A stretch of 59,827 nucleotides of DNA, the filler included, from Streblomastix strix (lineage: Eukaryota), in the NCBI GenBank assembly GCA_008636045.1. It is 3 parts of 3 records of this genome, joined end to end, with 100 filler letters (N's around TTAATTAATTAA, not from the genome) between each part and the next. Parts side by side here need not be neighbours in the genome. Positions count along the whole stretch, not along the records: positions 39,960 to 59,827 come from SNRW01000477.1; 2 more parts are not named here. The stretch is one strand, 5' to 3'. The notes under the pieces were generated by a model, which had not been told where the DNA came from, did not search any database, and saw nothing but the letters and a program-made list of their open reading frames with translations. The number at the start of each line of letters is the position of its first letter. Position 1 is the stretch's first letter. This document shows, in pieces, positions 52,050 through 59,827 of the stretch. The position numbers and the translations under genes are program-made.

Positions 52050-53560
52050 AACTGCGCGCCAAAATTTTCGTGAAAACTTTTCACTCACGAAAAAATCATT
52101 CACAACATACAATCAAATATTTATATATATATATATAATACATGAAAAAAAGTGCGCCAAAAATTTTGTGAAAGTGTAATTTTTGTTTAAAATGCGAATG
52201 ATTCTATTTATTAATATACATGAAAATAATATATTCATTGAATATATTTTCCATATTATAGCAGAATTTCGGTGAGCCTACTACGGAATGAATTGACAAA
52301 TGGAATAATTTCTGCGACAGTTAGTTTTGCAGTTTCTGCTTTTATAGCCAACCAGAGTGACTCATCATCGTCATATGACCTTCCTTCTGCATATATGCAG
52401 CGCACACGTAGTGCCCAACAATTCTCAACTGAATTGAGATCGTGGCTGAGCGCAGGCCAACAAAGGAATTTTACCCCATTTTCTTCCAGATATGAAATCA
52501 TATCTTTTTGGTTGTGTATGCTTGCATTATCCTTTTGATAAAGAAACGCATCTCCGTGTGCAATATGCGCCGATGGAATCACTTCATTTGAGACCACTTC
52601 GACCCGATCGCATGAATTCATTTTACCTCGTACTCGAGTTAAACTCAAAATACCCGCTGTACTGATTGCCATATGAAGCATGATACCTTTGAACGTTCCA
52701 TAATCTTTGCTCATGTGAACAGTTCCAGGATTATCTGACACATGCCACCAGTAATACATCCAGCCATCTGAACCGTCATATCTGAACTTTTTCTCGTCTG
52801 TGAGCACATTAGCAATTCCAAGCACAGTTTTATCACTTAAAATTATGAAGAAAATTTGAGTCTTGCAGCAATATGTCGATCTGTCAATAGTGGCCGCCTC
52901 CTGAGTAGCTTACACTTGAAACCACTTGTATGAAGTACCCTTAGTACTGTAGTAGGTGACACCTCGATGCTGATTGCTGGTGCAACTTTTCTGTGACCAA
53001 TACGCCTATTCTTTTTGACAAAGTTAGAAATTCTCCTGCGTTATCATTAATTTCACTTTTTTGTTCAGCCTCTTTTTTTTCAATTTTATGTTCTTATTAG
53101 CTCTGCTTATGACATTTTTAATCGTCATATAGGGTAAATGCTTCTTATTCATAAATTACGTGGCAGAAAGACCATCTTTTTTGTGAAAATTGATAATCTC
53201 CTCGCGCAGCGTTTGGAAGAGCGCAACTCTTCTAACGATATGTACCAAATAGTTCGAATATATAAAATAATAAACAAAAAAAATATATGCCAACTTGTAA
53301 TAATGTCAAAATAAAATTAGAGATTTGATTTCACGAAATTTATGGCGCACTTTTTTTGATGTATTTTTTATATATGTTCAAAATAACGTGGCACGCAGAA
53401 CTAACAAGAAACATATATGCTTTTAAAAAATATTTAATAAACTATATAGTATTCATATTTATTGTTTTTTTATTCATATATATAAATAAATGTTTGATTG
53501 TATGTAATGAATGATATTTTCGTGAATGAAAAATTTTCAAGAAAATTTTGGCGCGAAGTC
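52050..53560 (-). mobile_element. Tc1-family DNA transposon with long IR/DR-type termini
   Basis: TA-flanked imperfect TIRs (AACTGCGCGCCAAAATTTTC.../...GAAAATTTTGGCGCGAAGTC) and inner repeats at 52137-52173 and 53331-53366. Confidence 0.88.
52235..53242 (-). pseudogene. Tc1 DD34E transposase, disrupted
   Basis: TDEKKF, QKDNASIH, WPALSHDLNSVENCW (34 residues between D and E), RRPLLTDRHIAARLKF. TGAs at 53044-53067 and a frameshift near 52830. Confidence 0.9.
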
Positions 53561-54639
53561 TATATTTAACTTTTTAATTTATAAATTTCTTTTTTTTATG
53601 AGAATAAAAAAAAATTTCAATGAATTTTAAGAAAAAAAAATTAAAGAGTTCGGGAGATTGCAAATACAAAAATCAAATAGTAATTTTATATTATAAATTA
53701 AATTAAAATATTATTATATATGAAAAAAATGTTAAACGATTAATCAAAAGTGCTTACTCGCGTTCTCAATTATTTTTTGAAATAAGCGAAATTTGGTATA
53801 TATAAGCATATAATTAACGTTATGTTTTATTAGTTCATATATTTATAAGTTTTAAAAACAAATATAAAGTGCATTATATATTTTTAGTTCTTAGTAGAAT
53901 GAAAATTTACAATTTTTTTATTATAAACTATTTTTCTAGAAAACTACCATTTAATAAGTACATTTATTTTATGTTTTAATACTTATAAAATTCAGTTATA
54001 GTTATTTATTTAATTAAACATCATTTTTGAAAGATGTATGCCTTACAAAATAGTAAATTATTAACTTTTAATAATTTTCCTGTCAATCACCATAATTTTT
54101 TATTTAATTTATATATTATTATAATTTTATTCATTTAAAATTGTTGTTTTCTAACATAAATTTTTTTATATTTCACAATTTTCTTAATAAAATATTTATT
54201 TTAATAGTTTTTTTATATTGTTTTGCAAATTTTACAATTTTTTATAAATTTGCTTTTTTTTTAAAAAAAATTGAAAATATAATTATTTTTTCAATATTTT
54301 TATTAGTTCTATTTAATTAGCTTATATTCAATAAAAAATATATTTTCAAGTAGCAAATATTCTTACTTAATATTTTTTTAAAAAAAATTACAATTCTCAT
54401 ACGCTGTTTAGACTCTATTTTGTAAAGTCTTTTAACAATTTTTTTACATCTCACATCATTTTAATTATATTAATATTATAAAATTTCAATTTGATTTTTG
54501 TGTTTGCAATCACCCATTTACTAAAAATGTAAAACTAACAATATAACTTAATAACATTCATAAAGCTCCTAATTTATATTAACGTTCCTGTATCAGAAAA
54601 ACTACTATAGTATGAATTCGTGAGTTTATTCTTTTAAAA

Positions 54640-55920
54640 AAAAGATTATTTTATGTACCTATGATGAATATTTTTGGAGGAATTTTACTTTGAGTAGAAG
54701 GGTATTATCTTTAATATAAATAAGTGATTGAAATATAGTACTATATGAAAAAAACTGGAATTTAATAAATATATGCAGATCTTGTTGTGATTTTAGTGAA
54801 CAAAACAGAGGTTTTTATCAGTCATTCGTCAGTTTAATAAGAAATTAATGATGGAGAATCAAATTGGATATCCCTTGCGATAAAACATTCCTAGTTAAAT
54901 AGGGGTTTGAATGACAACAGCAACAGTAACAATCTTAACAATATTACTAATAAATTGTCTCTCTTCCATATTATTCTATAGTAACTTGATTAAATTAAGC
55001 CAGAAAAAGGTGATCTTACAATTGAATTTCTACAAAACGTTACATATGCTCAATTTTCATCTGCTTTAAATCCTCATATTGTAGTAGGCATAAAACATTC
55101 TCAAATAGATATGGATGATGACTCAGGGAATACAATTTGGCATTCATACACAGAATTAGTCAATCCGAGTTAGATAATGAAAATTTTGCAACATGATATA
55201 GAGCCGTTTCTTGTTCACTTGTTACCGAGGGAACGGCTAGCACTAAATTAATTGTACATAGATTTGATAATATCCCCCAATGTACATGCAACATATGCTT
55301 TTATATCCCAGATCGATTAAAATTCAACCATTTGATAATACTATAGATTAAATGCATTATTTTTCTGCGACCTTCCATATAGCTGCGCTTTCGCTGGTAT
55401 TGAATAATAGAGAGTAAACACTTAACAAACTGTCATCTTCAAAAGAATAGAAAGATAGCCGCGATAAACTGAATGATACCTTTCTAGTTTAAATATTCAA
55501 GCAGCTTGATGAAGGTGATGTTTTGAGTTTAAAGAAAAAATTAGAAAAATTATTGAATGAATAAAATATTCAAAAGATAGATTCTGCCTATAGTTTCAAG
55601 GAGAAGTCATCTAATCTTTCAAGTGACGAGCAAGTAATAATGGATAAGTTTTGACCTCTACTTTATAATTTTACAAAGCGCCTAGAATTAGTTAATAGAG
55701 AATTAATGAAAACCGAGATGCATTATAACATAAACAAAGATCTGTTCAAATAAGTGTGTGCTGCAGAAAGAAAGATGAATAACAAATGCTGAGCAATTAG
55801 TTGAATAAAAATTTTCTAGGATACCATCATTTCAATTTGGTAACGATACGAGGAAGTGAACAAGATTCACAACTTCCTACTATCACTATAGAACTGCAAA
55901 TCCTCAGAATGAATAACAAA
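54640..55920 (+). pseudogene. Degraded coding remnant of unknown family
   Basis: Long TAR=Gln-open stretch (about 54700-55330) with coding-like composition, then multiple TGAs; no motif recognised. Confidence 0.3.
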
Positions 55921-56134
55921 TCCTCAAGTAGTTTTTAAATTGGTTTAAATATATATCTAATTTATAGGATGGAGATTATTTCTTTTGATCAGAAAAATAA
56001 TTTGAATTAAGTTTATTTAAATTAATTTATATCTTTTGGACATTTATTTTCAACATTTAGAATAAACTAAGTGATTTAAAACTTTTATTAATAGTAAAAA
56101 AAAAATAATTTTTAAAAATTATTATTTTTAATTT

Positions 56135-56949
56135 GAGGGTTTCCGATCAGTACCAACCACCCTGTTTTTATTTTGAAAAAATGTAATATGATTTAAGACA
56201 AACAAATGTTGGAGTCGCAAAATCTTCAGAAATGCATCGTAGCGAATTTGCGCAAAAATTTTTTTTTGGATCGTGAGCCATGGGCAGTTTACATAAGTTA
56301 ATGAATTTTATTTAATTTATTTTATTTAAATTTAATAATTAATATTTTTAATATTAGTGATATTTTTAGGAACTGGCGCAAGCGACAACGAAAATTTTCT
56401 TTATTTTTTATTTTTCACATCATCCAATGATTAATTTTAGTTTTTTATGACAATTTATGTAAATAAACAATAAAATACAAATTTCAAAACTCGAATATTA
56501 TATTTATTTCGACAAGAGTGCAAATGCGCAAAAATGAAAAAATTAAAATCGCGAATTTGCGTCATGTAGATTAAAAATTATCAATTTTATTATACAAAAT
56601 TTAATTTAAAAAATAAAAACGTCAAATTAAATATTAATTAATAAAAATAAATTATATGAATGTTTCAAAAAGTGGAAAATATAAAAAAAAATTTTATTTT
56701 CTCCATCGTTGGTGATTAAAAATATCGCAAATATTAATAATATTTAATAAATAATTTTTATAAAATAAATTAAATAAAATTCAAGCGCATATACAACCTG
56801 CCGCTGGCTAGCGAACCAAAAAAATTTTTTCGCGCAACTCTGTCATGGTGGATTTTTAAATATTTTACAACTCCAACTTTTTTTTAATTTAAATCATGTT
56901 ACTTTATTTTAAAAAAAATTTGGGAGGTTGTTTGTGATCGGATACTCCC
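56135..56949. mobile_element. Diverged foldback / MULE-like non-autonomous element
   Basis: Long imperfect inverted arms (GAGGGTTTCCGATCA...GTTGGAGT...TTGCGC...TTTTGG vs reverse complement GGGAGTATCCGATCA...GTTGGAGT...TTGCGC...TTTTGG); TSD not clean. Confidence 0.65.
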
Positions 56950-59420
56950 ATTTTAATATTTTAATTTTTAAAATTAAAAAAAAAAAATATTTTTTAATAA
57001 AATATATTTATTATAAATTTTTTTTAAAAAAATTTTAATTTATTTATTATAAATTAAATTAATTATCTCATTAAAAATTAGACATCAAAAATAGTTTGTA
57101 TGTAGGATTCAATTCTCAAAGGAAGAAGACAAAATTTTTCATCTATACAAACTGATAAAGGTAATAATAATTAGAGAGACAGGAAAAAAAAAATGTTTAA
57201 ATATGGGTTGAATTTGAACTCCAGTTGGGATTCAAATGACAATGAAATTGACTTAAAAAAAATGCTGATGATTAAGATGGTGAAATTACAAAAGAATTAA
57301 CAGATTAGATGTAATTACTAAAAGCAAATAGACATAGATTACAATTGGTCCTCAATTTAAGCGATAGCAAATGCAACAAATGAGGAGTAACTACTTGAAC
57401 TTACAAATTAAAATTAGGCTAACTTTTTCTAATAATTAAAGAATAATTTAAAATTAATTAAATTTTCTATTTTATAAATTATATTTTTTAAATTAAAACA
57501 ATTTTTTTGATGATTTTTTTTAAAATATTTTTAGCACATGATTAAAATTTTGAAAATTCATTTATTAGAGTAAGTTGATGCAAAAAACATCCATATTTTA
57601 AAGAATTAAAAGATTTTTCAAATAAATATGATAAAAAACTGTATAATAAATGATTGATTGTTAATTTATTAATAGAAATAATTTTATTTATAAATTTCTT
57701 AATGTTTAATTTTATTTAGATTAAAAATGTTATAAATAAAAATCATGAGCGTTATGACGTTAGTGCTAGAAAAATATTTCATGGTTATAAGGATTTTGCA
57801 AATATCGTAAGGTTTGGATTACAATTGTTGTCCTTTCATCATGATTTCTCAATAACATTACTATTGCACCAACTTTTAGATTCAATTATTATGGAGGAAG
57901 ACCATTAGGTGAGAGTGAATTTAAATATTCATCAGGGAAATTTACTCTATCATTTGAATATCAATTGATTATAGTATCAATTCCAATGTATGTGAGTTGT
58001 TTCTATTAATCTAAAATTTATGAAATTATTGGATGAGGAAAAGATTACGACTCAAATTTTAAAGTTATTTAATTCTAAACATTTAAATTTTGTGATAAAA
58101 ATTACTTTTAATATGTATTTTATACTTATTATTATTATAAATAAATTTTAAATTTCAGTTTATTATTTGTAAATGACAACCGACCTAAATTTTCGTTTAG
58201 ATTTTGAAAACAAATTCTTAAATAAATAGTGATATTGGCATTTAATCCTTGTTTGAATGAATTCTAAATATAATCAATGGCTTGATCTTCAGAATAATAT
58301 TTGACAGTTTTATCATCATTAAATAATCCCCATAATCATTACGAATAATTCATTTAAGATTAATTTTGATATTATGTTGATGCTAATATTGATATATAAT
58401 GGCCAATAGTTAAGTTAGATTTTGAAGGATTTTGAAAGATAACAGGAATTAAATGATAGAATATTGCATCATTATAGAATTAATAATCTTTGATAAATGT
58501 AATTTATTGTTAATTGATGTTTTTAAAAAAATACATAATTAAAAAAAAATAATAAATATTTTATTAAAATATATAAATTAATGTGTTAAACAAAAATGTT
58601 TCTCAAAAATTAAACTGCTCAGATACAATCATCAACATCTTAACAGCAATATGTTTTAAATTTTAAAATAATTAATATTTAAAATATTTTATTTTAAGAT
58701 TAGTTTTTAAACTATTACTAGAGTGCCTAGTAAACAATATTACCGTTATAATAGTTTTGGCACGCACCTCTCATACCACATGGCCGTTATATTGTAGCAT
58801 TAATGCGTGCTTAAAATAAAGACTGTCTCAAGTATTCTACATTCCTGCTAAAAGTGATATTTCTTCGTACCATATATCATTAGAAGAGTCATTAATGAAT
58901 TATTAAAAATTCTATTAGAAAAATAAGAAAAAATTTAAAATCACTACAAATTATGAATTATCATGTATAAAATTATTCATTTTGCATAAACAAATGTTAT
59001 TTGTTAATAAGTTAGAAACACGTTTTATAGTTGCAGTTAAATTATTTCATTTATTGAGTATATATTTTTAGAACCTTGTTCTAAACAATTTATCAATTAT
59101 ATTAATACTATGTCAAGAATATCAGCATTATTGGTCAAATAATTAATATTCATAAGTGGCAGAAAATAATCTCCTATAAAATTCAAGGTTCAGATATTGT
59201 TTCATTAAGATAAAACTAAAATAAGGATGTACATCTTAAATTTCTATAAATTTTAGTAATCATCAAACAAAACAAATTTTTAAGGTTTATATTTGTATAT
59301 ATTCTCGGGAAAAATGCAAACTTTTTGTATCAACTCAAGAAAAACTGCTATTCTTGAACAATAATCTTAACCTTAAAATTTACACTATTCAATTATAATG
59401 ATTAAATAAATAAGATTTAA

Positions 59421-59560
59421 TTGGGGATGCTAACCCAACCATCCAGAGCTCGACCTATCCACCTAACCAAGAAAAAACGATCCAAAAAAAAATAAAAATA
59501 TCAAATTTTTTTTATTGATTCAGATATGAATATTAATATATTAAATACATTTTAATATTT
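59421..59560. mobile_element. Left end of a second copy of the 46188 hAT-like element
   Basis: TTGGGGATGCTAACCCAACCATCCAGAGC...CCAAGAAAAAACGA matches 46188-46250. Confidence 0.75.
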
Positions 59561-59563
59561 ATA

Positions 59564-59827
59564 AACTGCGCGTCAAATTGTTTGCATAAAATTCTGATAA
59601 AAATTTTTGAATGTAATTCAATGTAAATAACTGATTATTCAAATATATTAATATATGTGATATATGGATACATGTATGTAATATTTAATGTTGTTATCAA
59701 AATCAATATATTTCATATTATGGTTAATTAATATTATAATTATTGAATGTATATCAAAAAATAAGCAAAAATTTTGCGTCAAATTGTTTGCGTCTTTTTG
59801 ATTACTTTTTTATCAAGCAAGATAGAG
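59564..59827. mobile_element. Terminus of a Tc1-related element nested in the hAT-like copy
   Basis: TA-AACTGCGCGTCAAA resembles the 52050 TIR; inner repeat GCGTCAAATTGTTTGC recurs near 59776. Confidence 0.6.

Noticed and set aside
57100..59400. Scattered coding-like fragments, including a ubiquitin-like YGGRPL
   Set aside because: Too short and disrupted to assign.

Overview
Very AT-rich eukaryotic DNA read with TAA/TAG = Gln and TGA as the only stop (translation table 6). It has short GT-AG introns and an oxymonad-like gene repertoire resembling Streblomastix strix (inference). The standard-code ORF track therefore fragments almost every gene. The window is probably three unrelated ~19.9-kb contigs joined by artificial N44-TTAATTAATTAA-N44 linkers (1-19890, 19991-39859, 39960-59827). 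Contig 1 has host genes (NEK-type kinase, catalytically dead REX4-like exonuclease, 4'-phosphopantetheinyl transferase, beta-helix surface protein). These are followed by a partial Polinton-like endogenous virus (element A: packaging ATPase, membrane proteins, two fibre-like genes) abutted by a DIRS tyrosine-recombinase retrotransposon. Contig 2 has 15 kb of a second, divergent Polinton/Maverick-like virus (element B: fibre, ATPase, HNH nuclease, protein-primed PolB, penton-like protein, rve integrase, ACTACT right terminus) inserted in a decayed surface-protein gene. Contig 3 has an RRM-repeat-NEK kinase-ARM fusion gene, hAT and foldback MITEs, a Tc1 DD34E element and a possible third Polinton relic. 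The most notable signal is a host-code-adapted Polinton-like virus family with phage-style His-x-His modular fibre proteins and conserved small membrane proteins beside the ATPase. Its genes are being inactivated largely by TGA stops at Arg positions. All calls come from manual translation and motif recognition; no database searches were run.
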